In this document: positions 24,908 through 37,689 of the stretch, one piece after another | Layout of the letters: each line of letters begins with the position of its first letter | Numbering within the stretch: the stretch's first letter is position 1 | Assembly (NCBI GenBank): GCA_977017645.1 | Contig: OZ360234.1 | Location: 94,922,001 to 94,986,000, forward strand | DNA length: 64,000 nucleotides | Reading direction: 5' to 3' | From: Torpedo marmorata | Lineage: Eukaryota | The notes under the pieces: model-generated | Databases searched by the model: none | Seen by the model: only the letters and a program-made list of their open reading frames with translations | What the model was told of the DNA's origin: nothing | Made by a program: the position numbers and the translations under genes

Positions 24908-26022
24908 TAATTGTGCAGATGACACGAAGATTGGTGGAGTTGTGGACACTGCAGAGGGCTATCACAGGATACAGCAGGATATAAATCAGTTGCAGATATA
25001 GATATAGGCGGCATGGTTATCGCAACGCTGTTACAGCGCCAGCGATCAGGACTGGGGTTCGAATCCGGCGCTGTTTGTAAGGAGTTTGTACGTTCTGCGT
25101 GGATTTTACCCAGGGGTTCCGGTTTCCTTCCACTGTTCGAAATGAACCAGGGGTTGTAGGTCAATTGGGTGTAATTGGGCAGCACGGGCTTGTGGGCCGA
25201 AATGGCCTGTTACCGTGCTGTATGTCTAAATTTAATTTTTTTTTTAAATGGCAGAGTTTAATCTAGACCGGTGTGAGGTGTTGCACTTTGGGAGGTCGAA
25301 TTTAAGGGGAAAGTATACAGTCAATGACAGGATTCTTAACAGCACGTTGTGCAGAGGGATCTGGGGGTCCACGTCAAGAGCTCCCTGAAAGTATCCACTC
25401 AAGTTGATGGAGTGGGAATGAAGATGATTTTATACTTGTTATCATTGGTTGGGGCATCGGGCATAAAAGCAAGGAAGTCGTTTTGCAGCTGCATAAAACT
25501 CTAAATACCTCAAGAATATTGTGTGCAAATCTGGTCACCCCATTACAGGAAGAATGTGGAGGCTTTGGAAAGTGTACAGAAGAGGTTTACTTGGATTCTG
25601 CATGGATTGAAGGGTATGAGTGTGAGGATCAGCTGGACAAGCTTGTTTTCTCTGGAGTGGAGGAGGCTGAGGGGAGACCTGATAGTTTATAAACTATGAG
25701 AGGCATAGATAGGGTAGAGTCAGAATCTCTTTCCCAGGGTAAAAATGTCAAGCATCAGAGGACATCTGTTTCAGGTGAGGGAGGAGAGTTTGAAAGTGAT
25801 GTGTGGGGCAAGTTTCAACAGAGTAGTAGGGGCCTGGAACAGACTGCCAGCGGTAGGGTTGCAAGCAGATACAATTGCAGCTTTTAGGAGGATTCGAGAT
25901 AGACATGAGTTGGCATGGATTAGAGGGATATGGATCATGTTTAATTTGGCATCATGTTCGGTGCAGACATTGTGGTCTGAAAGGCACGTTCCTGTGCTGT
26001 TCTGTTCCATGTTGTATGTCTA
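24908..26022 (+). mobile_element. Old 5'-truncated CR1 LINE interrupted by a V-SINE
   Basis: GCAGATGACACGAAGATTGGTGGAGTTGTGGAC start, continuing after the SINE with CEVLHFGR-like sequence and a CR1 tail. Confidence 0.8.
25007..25246 (+). mobile_element. V-SINE (HE1-like)
   Basis: GGTTCGAATCC B box, V core, tail GGCCGAAATGGCCTGTTACCGTGCTGTATGTCTAAATTT. Confidence 0.85.
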
Positions 26023-26517
26023 TAGTTCAGCAATGTTTGAATGAACTTCCAAATGTAACTGTTTTATGCATGGCTGTCAACTACTTTGTGTAAAGAGCAA
26101 TTCTGCAGTACTTGCAAAATTCAAGTGGTTACAGTCCAAATCCTTCTTCCCCTTCTCCTTCTATTCATATCCTTGTGATCAAACATTACTTGCTGCCACT
26201 CCTAGCATCCTAAAGATGAGTGGGGTTAGTTGGTTGATTGTCTACAACAAATTGTTCCTCGTGAGTGGTATACTGTAATTAATAGAATGTCGGGAAAATG
26301 GGTTTAATGTAGGATTAGTGTAAATAGGTGATGATCGGCAGGTACTCGCTGGTCTGTGCTCTATCACCCCATGACTCATTCACTGTTCTCCTCTGTTCGC
26401 CTGTTGAGGTCAGTCACTGCCCAAAAACTTCATTGGCTGTGACTGCCTGAGGCCTTTCAAGGTGCTGTGATTTCCAAGGCTTTCTTCCTCGAATAAGTTT
26501 GACAATGTCTCGGCAGT

Positions 26518-26980
26518 CTCCAACCAGATGTCATCAATCTCGACCTCCAATTTCTGTTAACTCTCCCCCCCCCCCCTAGTCTCTCTCTTTCCCTATCGCT
26601 CTGTCTCCTTTCCAGATCCCTGTCCCTCCCCTTCCTTCTCCTCTCAGTGAGCTACCCTTCTCAACCCTCCACCCTTCTCAACCCTCCACCCTCCCCCTGT
26701 CACATCTCGGCTTTTCTCTTCTGAACTCCCACCTGTATCCACCTATTACCTCTAACCTGTTAGCCTGCACTCCTCCCTTCCTCCATCCTCTCCTCTTCCT
26801 CCTTCCCCCCCCCCCCACCTTTCTCTTCGGGTATATAGCTGTTTTTCAACATTCCTGACATAGGGCTGACCTGAAACCTCGACTGCTTTTATTTCCAAAG
26901 GAGTTTGCATGACCTGCTGAGTTTCTCCAGCATTTCTGTGTATTGCACTAGAGCCCAGCCTCTGCAGATTTCCTTCTTCA
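26518..26980 (+). mobile_element. Penelope-like 3' fragment with pLTR
   Basis: End of the GIY-YIG ORF (LQPD..NLD), pyrimidine tract, decayed hammerhead-like core 26855-26880, GACCTGCTGAGTTTCTCCAGCA. Confidence 0.7.
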
Positions 26981-27254
26981 CCTCCATTTGACAATCGTAC
27001 ATAGAGTTAAGCTGGGGTGAAATTCTTTCCACACCACGACCAACAACCGCTCAGGTGCTTGCACTTCCGATGATCCTCCTTTCAAACTCACTGGGAGTAT
27101 GAGCAAAGAATTCCCTAATCTGACACAATGACTATGGCAATGAAAGTGGATGGGTGGAGCGATGCAATTTCAATTTAACCTCCTCATTAGGAAACCGACA
27201 TGACCAAATACCTTGTTGTTTTGTGACCAATCCAGATGGACTATCTATTTACAT

Positions 27255-27393
27255 CAGTGGTTTTCAAACTTTTTCCTTCCACTCACATACCACCTTAAGT
27301 AATCCCTTACTAATCACAGATGCATAGGGATACTATGCATAGGGATTACTTAAGGTGGGATGTGAGTGGAAAGAAAAAGTTTGAAAACCACTG
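27255..27393. mobile_element. hAT (Charlie/Buster-type) palindromic MITE
   Basis: TIRs CAGTGGTTTTCAAACTTTTT / AAAAAGTTTGAAAACCACTG; exact 8-bp TSD ATTTACAT (27247-27254, 27394-27401). Confidence 0.93.
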
Positions 27394-27474
27394 ATTTACA
27401 TCAATGAGCAAAGTTTTAAACTGTGACCCACCCAATTTCTTGGATTCCTCCTGAGAAAGTGAAGTTGAAGTTAC

Positions 27475-27658
27475 CAGAAATGCTGGAGGAGCTCAGCCAC
27501 TCTCTCAGTGCCCATCGCAGGTAAAGAAATATTATCGACATTTTGGGCCTAAGCCCTTCCTCAAGGTATCAGTGAAAAGAGGCAGGTGTCTGAATTAAAG
27601 GCTGGGGAAAGAAAGGGGGGGGGTGGTGGTGGAATGGGAGAGGGAGGAGTACAGACCA
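27475..27658 (-). mobile_element. Penelope pLTR remnant
   Basis: AATGCTGGAGGAGCTCAGC end and hammerhead-like core at 27537-27564. Confidence 0.65.
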
Positions 27659-28414
27659 ACAGACATGAGAGAGAGAGAGAGAGAGAGACAGGCTGTGGAA
27701 AAGATACTTTGTTGCACTTATGCAAAAGCAGGTGCAGACCTCTGCAAAAAAAAAAAAAAAAAAAAAGCTGACAGTTGGGAGTTGCAAAGGCTGGAGAACA
27801 CAGCCAAATCCAGGCTTGTGCTTCCCAGAGAAAAGATTGGCAGAATAGCACATGGCCTCCTGTCTCAGAGAAATTCTGAGTTAAAAGCAACTTCTGTGGA
27901 AAACAGGCATGAGATCAGCGAGACTAGCTGTGAGATTCAAGCACACACCTAAATCAGTGGTATACTGATCTGAACTCGCAATCCTTATGAACACACAAGA
28001 AGCGAATGTCATCAGAGAAGGAAAAACAAGTATTTGTAAGCATAAACAGTCATTGTCTCTCTCCAACGTTCATTCAGAAGTACTTCTACCAGACACAGAG
28101 CTGAATTTGAAACCTGAACTTAGAGAGTGAATTTTGTGGACTGTATTATTATTTTTTTTGACTGACTTGTTTTTTATGACTGACCTGGGGTTTTTGGGGA
28201 AAGTTTTTCCATTTTTACATAAGGGTTGGGCACAGACTGTAATGGTAAGGGCTTTACACACACACACCTTTTAGATAAGAATAGTGTTTATAGACGTTTA
28301 TAGTGGGGTTAATTGTTGTGAAATTATATGCTTAATTGTCTTTAATAAATATAAATTTCAATTTTACCCCTTTTGCATTGCGTCTTCTGTCGTTGCTGGT
28401 TTGATTTTGTAACA
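27659..28414 (+). mobile_element. 5'-truncated solo LTR of the Gmr1-like family
   Basis: Colinear with 9310-10145 from the (GA)n tract to TGTAACA; no PBS follows. Confidence 0.85.
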
Positions 28415-28419
28415 TTACC

Positions 28420-28670
28420 TAATTTTGTATTTATTTTCATTCCCAAATATTTAATTCCATTATTTAACCTTTTAAATCGAGTAATTTCTTTACATTTATT
28501 ATAATCTCCTTGTGTCAATGCCATAATTTCACTTTTAGCAGAATTAATCTTATAACCAGATATTTCCCCATATTCTCTCAATAAAACAGTCAATTGTGTT
28601 AAAGAATCAATAGGTTTTGTCATGTAAATCAATACATCACCTGCAAATAAACTAATTTTGTTCTTTTCCA
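28420..28670 (-). mobile_element. Internal L1 ORF2 fragment
   Basis: KISLFAGDVLIYMTKP...GIKYLG, same family as the other L1 copies. Confidence 0.85.
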
Positions 28671-29395
28671 ACCTATACCTCTCTCCTGATGGCAGCAGTG
28701 AGAACAGAGCGTGTGCTGGTTGATTTGGGTCTTTGATGATTGCTGCTGCCCTCCGACGGCAGCGTTCCCTGTAGATGTACTCAATAGTGGGAAGGGTTTT
28801 GCCAGTAATGTCCTGGGCTGTGTCCACTACCTTTTGGAGGGCTTTACGCTCAGGGGTATTGGTGTTCCCATACCAGACCGTGATGCAGCCGGTCAGCACA
28901 CTTTCCACCACACATCTGTAGAAATTTGCCAGGGTGTCTGGTGTCATACCAAACTTCTGCAAGCTCCTGAGGAAGTAGAGGCACTGACGTGCTTTCTTCA
29001 CGATGCCATTAGTGTGTTGGGTCCAGGAAAGATCCTCCGCGGTAGTGACTCCCAAGAACCTAAATTTGCTCACCCTCTCCACCCCTGATCCCCCAATGAT
29101 CACTGGATTGTATACCTCTGGCTTTTCTTTCCTGAAGTCAACAATCAGCTTCTTAGTTTTGGTGATATTGTGTGCAAGGTTGTTGTTGGTGCACCATTCA
29201 GCCAGGTTTTCAATCTCCATCCTGTATGCTGACTCATCCCCTTCCTTTTTGCAACCTACTACCGTGGTATCGTCGGCAAATTTGTAGATGGTTTTATTGT
29301 TATACCGAGCTACACAGTCGTAGGTGTAAAGTGAGTAGAGCAGGGGGCTAAGAACGCAGCCCTGTGGTGCTCCGGTACTGATGGAGATCACTCCT
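28671..29395 (-). mobile_element. Rex1/Babar-like LINE RT fragment
   Basis: STGAPQGCVLSPLLYSLYTYDC, KFADDTTVVG, NFYRCVVESVLTGCITVWYG. Confidence 0.88.
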
Positions 29396-29419
29396 GCCCA
29401 ATAGCCCATGAACCTTTTG

Positions 29420-29655
29420 ACAAAAACAAACTGTTGGAGTAACACTGCAGGTGGGCTAGCATCTGTGGAGGCAAAGCGATGGTCGACATTTTGGATCAAG
29501 ACCTGCATCAGGGGTTTCAGACCTTCCCTCTCACTTCTCTGTACTGGCTGTCTTCCATCTACACTCTCAGTTCTGACGAAGGGTCTCGTCCCAAAAGGTC
29601 GATCCTCTCTCTGCCTCCACTGATGCTGCTCAACCCTCTGAGTTCTTTCAACGAT
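29420..29655. repeat. Inverted pair of Penelope pLTR ends (fold-back unit)
   Basis: GCATCTGTGGAGGCAAAG...GTCGAC arm versus GTCGA...CTGCCTCCACTGATGC arm; hammerhead-like cores on both strands (29485-29511 minus, 29573-29600 plus). Confidence 0.7.
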
Positions 29656-29929
29656 TGGTTTTCACTGTGTTTAAGGTCAGGAAACACGGTGGCCATTTTG
29701 GGTCAAGCAAGTTGCCAAAAATATCGTAAGAGGAACGGATTAAACGGAGATAAATCATTGGATTGTTGGTGCAAGCTGAGGATAAAACTTGGAGAAGACT
29801 CATATTGTCCTTGCTCTGGATCTCAGATCCTTGATGTGGCTCTCATGAAAAGTGAATGGAGACTCTGATGTTTATATTTGACCTGATTCTGTGGAAGCAT
29901 CAGCACAAAACAACACCCTCCCCTTTTTT

Positions 29930-30212
29930 CATTGCACAATGTGCTGGAGAAGCTAAGATACTTCGTCAAAGTATGAGCAAAAAGCAGGCAGGCGCATGAA
30001 TAAAAAGATGGGGGAGAGGAGAGGAGAGAAGAGAAGGGGAAGGGGATGGAGCACAGGTCAGAGGTCATAGGTGGATATATACCTTGAAGGGCCCAAGCCC
30101 AAAACAGTGGTTACCCTTCACTTCCTATAGTTGCTGTGTGACCTGCTGAGTTTCTCCAGCACGATTGTGTATTGCACTCAACCCCAGCATCTACAGACTT
30201 TCTTGTTTAACG
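29930..30212. repeat. Inverted Penelope pLTR unit just upstream of RGCC-like exon 3
   Basis: CACAATGTGCTGGAGAAGCT arm versus AGTTTCTCCAGCACGATTGTG arm. Confidence 0.6.
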
Positions 30213-30234
30213 CCCTCCCCTTTTTAATTGACAG

Positions 30235-30312
30235 GCACCGGATCATCTGCTGGCAGTAGCTTGAACTGTAGTGTGGAGAAGCTGAACTCCACGGACACAA
30301 CAACAACCAAAG
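30235..30312 (+). CDS. RGCC: RGCC-like exon 3
   Basis: TTTTTAATTGACAG| acceptor, AAG|GTAGGA donor, phase 1-1; STGSSAGSSLNCSVEKLNSTDTTTTK aligns with RGC-32 NSFSFSDEKLNSPTDS. Confidence 0.85.
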
Positions 30313-30416
30313 GTAGGATCTTAATCAGGGCCATTAACAAGCCTCCAGTCTGCTCTTGGCAACCTTTCAGTCGGGTCACTGATAGGGCCAGGCCCCTGTG
30401 TTGTTTGATTCACTGA

Positions 30417-30636
30417 AGGCACGGTTAGCACAACACTCTCACGTTGTCAGCAACCCAGGTTCGAATCCGGCACTGGCAGTAAGGAGTTTGTACATTCTCC
30501 CCATGTCTGCATGGGTTTCCACCCACCCTCAAAATACATACGGGGATTGTTGGTTAATTGTTGTAGTTTGGGGGCATGGGCTCACAGGCCGGAATGGCCT
30601 GTTACCCTGCTGTATGTCTACATTTTAAAATTTTAA
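30417..30636 (+). mobile_element. V-SINE (HE1-like), internally deleted
   Basis: GGCACGGTTAGC head, GGTTCGAATCC, V core, GGAATGGCCTGTTACCCTGCTGTATGTCTA tail. Confidence 0.8.
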
Positions 30637-30734
30637 AAAGATTATAAATTAAGAAGGCAGTCTGGTTCAGTAACTGCATTAAGTTTGTTCAGATGGACAT
30701 CCTTGAGAAAAGCACAGAGAAGAGCCACAAGACA

Positions 30735-31550
30735 TGGAGAACATACATTCAATATAGAGCAGTACTGCCAGGAAATGGCCCGTAAGCTCACCATGTCTGT
30801 GCTGACTATGATGCCAATTTAAACTAATCCCATCTGCCTGCACATGGTCCATAGCCTTCCATTTCCTGCCTGTTCGTGTGTCTATCTAAATACCCTTTAA
30901 GCATCACAACCATGTCTGTTTCCACCTCTTCCCCTGGAAATGTGTTCTAGGCATCTACCGCTCTCTGTTTTTAAAAAAATATTACCTCTCCTTCAAGCTT
31001 TCCCCCTCTAATATTCGACGTTTCTACCTTGGGAACAGGACTGATTCTTTACCCAGTCAATGCCTCTCATAATGTACTTTTGGCAGGTCACCCCCTCAGT
31101 CTCTCTTAAATTTTAAATTTACACATACAGCACAGTAACAGGCCATTTCGGCCCATGAGTCTCTGCCGCCCAATTTATACCCAATTAACCTACACCCCCG
31201 GTACGTTTTGAACGGTGGGAGGAAACCGGAGCCCCTGGGGAAAACCCACGCAGACACGGGGAGAAGGTACAAACTCCTTACAGACAGCACGGGATTGGAA
31301 CCCCGCTCCGGTCCCGATCTCTGGCGCTGTAATGGCGTTGCACCAACCGTGCCACCCCTCTTTTTTTTTTCTTCTTCTGAAACACAAGCTCCAGAGAAAA
31401 CAGCCAAAGTGTGTCCGACCTCTCCTCATACCCTCAACATCCAAGTAAACCTTTTTTGTACCTTCTCCAAAAGCTCCACATCCTTCCTGTAATGCGATGA
31501 CCGGAACTGCACACAATACTCCAAATGTGGGCCAATTAATGTTTTATACA
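30735..31550 (-). mobile_element. Old CR1 3' fragment interrupted by a V-SINE
   Basis: TCCACATCCTTCCTGTAATG...GAACTGCACACAATACTCC and the CR1 3' UTR on the minus strand. Confidence 0.7.
31107..31355 (-). mobile_element. V-SINE (HE1-like)
   Basis: Reverse complement of the 21657-21918 element. Confidence 0.88.
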
Positions 31551-32555
31551 GCCGCGCTCCAACGAATTGTTGTTTTTTGTTGCTAAATCAGATATCGCAC
31601 CATAATTTGATGGGTGTTTAAAGACCTGGAAAGAAAATGTGCATTGCAGATACAAATAGACAAGCTACTTGTGATTGTAGGAATGAGAATCTAAGATTTA
31701 TTGGAAGATACTTAGTTGAGAGTGGGTTTTTGTAGAGAATTGGGGAAGAAGAAGCCTGTTCCAATGCAGGTGGTCAATTTGTGTTCCTTGTCAAAATTAC
31801 GCAAAGAATATTGAATTGAATAGTTTTTCTCACCCATAATTAGCAACATCTGCTCCTGGAAGGTTGCCATGGTCCATGGAAATATTTCCTATTGATGAAT
31901 TAATGTATTGCATAGAACGATAGAATACTACAGCACTGAAACAGGCCCTTCATCTCATCTAGTCTATGCCAAGCTGTTGTTCAAGTTTATTGTCATCTGA
32001 CTGTACATGTACCAGCAGACGAAACAGCGTTCTCTGGACCACGGTGCACAGACATACACAGTTAATACACAGCACATATAAGCATAAAGATATAATTTTA
32101 AATAGGTATATATAAATATTTTAGAATGATGTACATGGTTACAGGATACCATTCATCAATCTCACAGCACGCATGAAGAGGCTGTATTCTGCATTGACCT
32201 GCAGCCAGACTATAGCCCCCCATACCACTCCCATCCCTGTATCTATCCAAATTGTTCTTAAATATCAAAATCGAGCCTGCATTCACCACTTCAGTTGGCA
32301 GCTTTTTTCACACACTCACCACTCTCTGCATGAAGAAGTTCTCTCACATGTTCCCCTTAAATATTTCACCTTTCATCCTTAAACCACCTAACCTCAGTGG
32401 GAAAAGCCTGCTTACTTGTACTCTATCTATAGCCTTCATCATTTTGTATAGATTGCCGACTGATTGTTTACAGCTTAGTCCTGGAACTTGCTACTTTCCA
32501 GGAATTTTCTTCTCTTGTTCTTGCGACTTTGCAGGAAAGGTGGCAGAAACTCCAG

Positions 32556-33817
32556 TTGGTAGGTCGTGTTTAACGAATCTTCTAGAGTTTTTTGAGGAGG
32601 TTACCAAGAAAGTAGATGAAGGAAAGGCTGTGGATGTTGTCTACATGGACTTTAGTATGGCCTTTGACAAGGTTCCACATGGGAGGTTAGTTCAGAAGGT
32701 TCAGACTCTAGGTATCCATGGAGAGGTTGGGAAATGCATTCGAAATTGGCTGAATGGGAGAAGACAGAGTGGTAGTTGATGATTGCTTCTCAGACTGGAG
32801 GCCTGTGATTAGTGGTGTGCCTCAGGGATCAGTGCTGGGACCATTGTTGTTTGTTATCTATATCAATGATCTGGATGATAATGTGGTAAATTGGATCAGC
32901 AAGTTTGCTGATGACACTAAGATTGGAGGCGTTGTGAACAGTGAGGAAGGCTTTCAAAGCTTGCAGAGGGATCTGGACCAACTGAAAATAAGGACCATAA
33001 AATGGCCGATGGAATTTAATGCAGACAAGTGTGAGGTGTTGCATTTTGGAAGGACAAACCAAGGTAGGACATACACAGTAAATGGTAGGGTACTGAGGAG
33101 TGCGGAGGAACAGAGGGATCTGGGAATATAGATACATAATTCCCTGAAAGTGGCGTCACAGGTAGACAGGGTTGTAAAGAAAGCTTTTGGCATCTTGGCC
33201 TTCATAAATCAAAGTATTGAGTACAGGAGTTGGGATGTTATGGTGAGGTTGTATAAGACATTGGTGAGGCCAAATTTGGAGTATTGTGTGTAGTTCTGGT
33301 CACCAAACTACAGGAAGGATATCAGTAAGATTGAAAGAGTGCAGAGAAGATTTACTAGGATGTTGCCGGGTCTTCAGGAGTTGAGTTACAAGGAAAGATT
33401 AAACAGGTTGGAACTTTATTCCTTAGAGCATAGAAGAATGAGGGGAGATTTGATAGAGGTTTACAAAATTATGAGGGGAATAGACAGTAAATGCGAGTAG
33501 GCTCTTTCCACTTAGATTGGGAGAGATAAATACGAGAGGACATGGCTTTAGGGTGAAAGGGGAAAGGTTTAGGGGAAACATTAGGGGGAACTTCTTCACT
33601 CAGAGTGGTGGGAGTGTGGAACGAGCTGCCATCTGACGTGGTAAATGCGGGCTCACTCTTAGGTTTTAAGAATAAATTGGATAGATACATGGATGGGAGA
33701 GGTCTGGAGGGTTATGGAATGGGTGCAGGTCAGTGGGACTAGCGGAATGATGTTTTGGCACAGACTAGAAGGGCCGAATGGCCTGTTTTCTGTGCTGTAG
33801 TGTTCTATGGTTCTATG
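32556..33817 (+). mobile_element. 5'-truncated CR1 LINE
   Basis: [33 protein letters not shown]; tail GTTCTATGGTTCTATGG. Confidence 0.92.
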
Positions 33818-35864
33818 GTGAAAAATGCAAGTCAAAGATTAGAAAGTCATGAAAACAGCCAAGGTCATCAGGATGCGACCATTTACCTTCACTACAAGGT
33901 CTCGAGGTATTGGATGTGTAATACCAGTCAGAACGGGATTACATGAAAGTCCTTCTGGAAAGGGTTGTTGCTACAATTAAATTTATTGCTGTGCGGGGAC
34001 GAGCCTTTAGGGGCCACAATGAGTGTATTGGATCAGCAAACAATGGCAATTTTATAGGGACACTAGAATTGTTAGCGCAATTCGATCCTTTTTTTGGCAA
34101 CGCATATTGAAAAAAAAATGGAAATAAGGGTAAATGCTCTGTGTCCTACCTTTCATCCACAGTATGTGATGAGCTGAATGAAATATTTGGGGGAAAAAAG
34201 GTGTTAGAAAAATTATTTCGGAAATCAAAGAAGCCAAATATTTTTAAATATCTGGATTCAACCCCTGATATTTCACACGTGGATAGGCTGTCTTGCATAT
34301 TTTGATATGTGCATGAGAGTGGTCCTATTGAAAGATTCATCAAATTTCTCGATTGCAGAGGTCACAGTGGTGAACAACTTGCTGAGAGTATTCTGATGTT
34401 TTTAGTAACAGAAAAAATAGACTTAGAGAACTGCAGAGGTCAATCTTACGACAACGCCTCCAACATGGGTGGCAAGTATAATGGTTTTCAAGCTAAAATA
34501 CCTGAGATAAATCCAGTAGCTGACTATATTCCTTGCTTTTGAACCTTGTCGGTCATCCAGCAGTGGATTGTGTTCTGAAAGCTACTGCTTTTTTGATTTT
34601 GTTGAACAGTTGTACAATTTCTTCAGTAATTCAACCCTCCGGTGGGAAATACTTGTGGGCGAGCTTGGAAAGAATCTTGCAGTTGTGAAGAGACTTAGTG
34701 ATACACGATGGTCTGCTCATGCAAGTGCTACGGCCTCCCTAGATCAGGGATACGAGAAAGTGAAGTCGGCATTGCTGGCAATCCAGATGAAAAGTCAAAC
34801 AACCGACAAGAAGCCAGAGGCATTGTGAGCAAAATGGATTCTCTGGAGTATGGAATACTTCTCAGCGTTTGGGCAACAATTTTGGAGCAATTGCACAAAA
34901 CCAGCTTGAATTTACAAAACCCAGAAATAGATCTTAACGAAGGCCTCAGGACCAATGACTCATTTGAGGACTTTGAGCAAGAAGGCATTGCAAAGGCTGG
35001 GACATCAGTTTACAAAGAAGAAACGCAAAGTTAGTATCAGGATAACAAGGTATGACGGTGAAGCACAGGCAACAGATTTTTCACCTCGCCAGAGAAGTTT
35101 CAAGATTAATGTGTACTTACTGATCTTAGACAAATTATCAGCAGATCTTAAAAAATGCACTGATGCATACAGATCTGTGTCCAACCGATTTGGATTTTTT
35201 TTTCTCGTATTTGCAATATTGATGTCGACGCACTTAAAAAGGAAGCGAATACCCTCATACAAGTTTATCCGGACGACTTTGACTTAGCCTTTGTGGAAGA
35301 GCTCCTCCACTTTCAGAAGTACATTCAAGGACAATCTGATGATGATGTCATTGGGATGTATTGAGCTCTGGCAAGAGATCGACTGCACGAGGCGTATCCA
35401 AATACATGCATTTGCTTTAGAATTTATCTGTCCTTAATGATCACTAACTGTTCAGATGAGCGTTCATTTTCGGCACTGAAGAGGATCAAAACCTATTTGC
35501 GCTCAACAATGAGCGATGAGAAACTTAGTAATCTGGCACTCATGCACATTGAATCAGATATGCTTCAATCTGTTGATTTAAATGCTGTTATCGACACTTT
35601 TGTAAACCAAAAAACACGGAAGTTTTTAAAATTACAAATGTAAAGAAAATGAAAAATAAATGAATAAAAGGGCTGTAATTGATTCATATAACTTTATGAT
35701 ATTATGCATGTAGTACATTATACATAGTACAATGATATGTTATTTAATGTAACTTAACATCACTTTTTTTTCTATTCAACGAAGGGTGGGGGCCATGGGG
35801 CAAGGTCAGGGGGGGCCTTACTAAAGCTCAGCCTAGGGCCCGGGTGGTAGTTAATCCGCCACTG
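33818..35864 (+). mobile_element. hAT (Tip100/ZMYM1-like) transposon, 5'-truncated, transposase pseudogene
   Basis: AFRGHNE, DSTPDISHVD, GQSYDNASNMGG, KRLSDTRWSAH, ERSFSALKRIKTYLRSTMSDEKLSNLALMHIE; 3' TIR TTAATCCGCCACTG ending at 35864. Confidence 0.88.
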
Positions 35865-36291
35865 CATCTTTGGAATACCAGCATGTTCCTCCAATACCTA
35901 ATTGTCCTGGAGAAGCCGGTGATGCGTTGCCTTCTTGAACCCCTTTAATTTGTGTGATGATGCTCCCACCGTGCATCAGAAAAGCAGTTCGTAGACTGAA
36001 GATCTATTTTTTTTAAGATGGGACGCATCTTGAATTGGTTGTGTGCCCATGGGCAAACCCTTGAGCTACATGGTGGACAATGCACAGGTGTTCTGTAACT
36101 TGCTGCCAAAGAAGCTGTGGTGCATATGTGCAGTGCACCTTTTGTCTTAACACCACCCTCCTGCAAAGTACATTATCTCAAATACATATTTGAATTGTAA
36201 GAAGTTGTTCTTGACAAAGTAGCAATATACCTTGGTCTTTATCACTCATTTGCATCTTGTAGATTAATCCTTTTGTTTCTTTTTTCTGAAG

Positions 36292-36354
36292 CCAAGCTTG
36301 GAGACACAAAGGATCTGGAGGATTTTATTGCGGACCTGGACCAGACGTTAGCAG
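36292..36354 (+). CDS. RGCC: RGCC-like exon 4
   Basis: TTTTTTCTGAAG| acceptor, CAG|GTATCT donor; AKLGDTKDLEDFIADLDQTLA, nearly identical to RGC-32 AKLGDTKELEAFIADLDKTLA. Confidence 0.95.
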
Positions 36355-36711
36355 GTATCTAGCAATTTTAAAAGTATTAAGACACATCAACAGTGAACTA
36401 TCTGCAATCTCTATTGCCTCCATCTGTAAGAAGTGTTTTCTAAGTGATTGAGGTGAGATGCTGCCACATCCAATTAGTCTTTGTATTGCCTCCTGGGCGC
36501 TCTGCCTGTCTTCACACCCCATAGATGGGTGGATTGAAAGACCAATGGCCAGAGCGACAGACGAGCAGCAAGTTTAAAGCCGTTTCCTACTGTCCCAGAA
36601 ACACTGAGTGCAGAGCCACTTCCAATACTCCAGAGCAGATTTTGTGCTACATTCTGAAGTCGCCCAATACAGACGTGGATAAAGGGCCACATTCTGTTAT
36701 CCCATAATAAA

Positions 36712-36842
36712 AAGAGAAAATGCAGGAAACAGTCAGCAGGTCAGACAGCAACTGTGAAAAGAGAAATGGTGTAAATGTTTCACTTTGAGGACCCTTCAAT
36801 GCTGTCTGACCTGCTGAGTGTTTCCTGCATTTTCTATTTTTA
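36712..36842. repeat. Fold-back Penelope-derived hairpin
   Basis: AGAAAATGCAGGAAACAGTCAGCAGGTCAGACAGCA versus TGCTGTCTGACCTGCTGAGTGTTTCCTGCATTTTCT. Confidence 0.8.
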
Positions 36843-37689
36843 TTTCAGATTTCCAAATTTACATTTCTAATTGGCGTAATTGCAAGTCTCAGACCATGAG
36901 TCGATGTGATTACCTCTGACATATCAATGCAGCTTTTACTGAATTGACTGATTTGCCTGCAAACGATTTGATTCACTTTCTGCCACAAATGCTATCTGCA
37001 AACCCCACAACATGGCTGTTGCCATGTATGCAAGGGCAGAGTATCAAACGAGAGGGGGTTGTTGGTCTCTAGGCTCACTGCACCAAATGTGGTAGTGTGG
37101 TGGTTGTAACTGGTAGCTGTACCAGGCAGATTGAGAAAATAAAGCTCCTCATTCAAGTGTTCTCGGCCCAGTCAGTTACTTCAACAGTGACCTTCAGTTG
37201 ATAATCCAATATCTAAAACATCAGCCAAGACCAAAGTCATGAGCATGCCGGCCTAATGGAGTTTCAATGTATCAATCATGAAAGCCTTAAAGCGATTTGC
37301 ATTGTCATGGAAACATGCCGGGTTTATTAATGTGGTTAAAGAGGAAAGTCTGTAGATGCTGGGATTGTAGTGGAATGCACAAAATGGAGGCGAGGGTGAA
37401 CCGTAGAATTTGGCGGGAGAACCGAAGGGAGCAGCAGACAATGAAGCGTAGGTACCTGAGATCCTTGTGAGGGCCAAACTGGGAGGCCTGGAAACCGAGC
37501 TGGAAACCACGTGGCACAAGATGGCGGCAGAGGCAAGTAGCCAGGAGGGACTCATGGGGATCTATCTCACTGGTCAATGAATGTGCTTCCAGAGGCAGAA
37601 CATCTGCTGCTCCTTCAGACTCGGGTGTAACCATGAGTACCGAACTGCTGCTGGCTTTGAGAGCCCAGTGCATAGGAGAACCACACCAC

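Noticed and set aside
9183-28414. LTRs at 9183 and 27659 as a pair enclosing one provirus
   Set aside because: The second LTR is truncated and diverged, has no matching TSD, and the interval holds host promoter and exons
28342-29508. 388-aa ORF as a single gene
   Set aside because: Chance in-frame join of Penelope, Rex1 RT, L1 and LTR fragments
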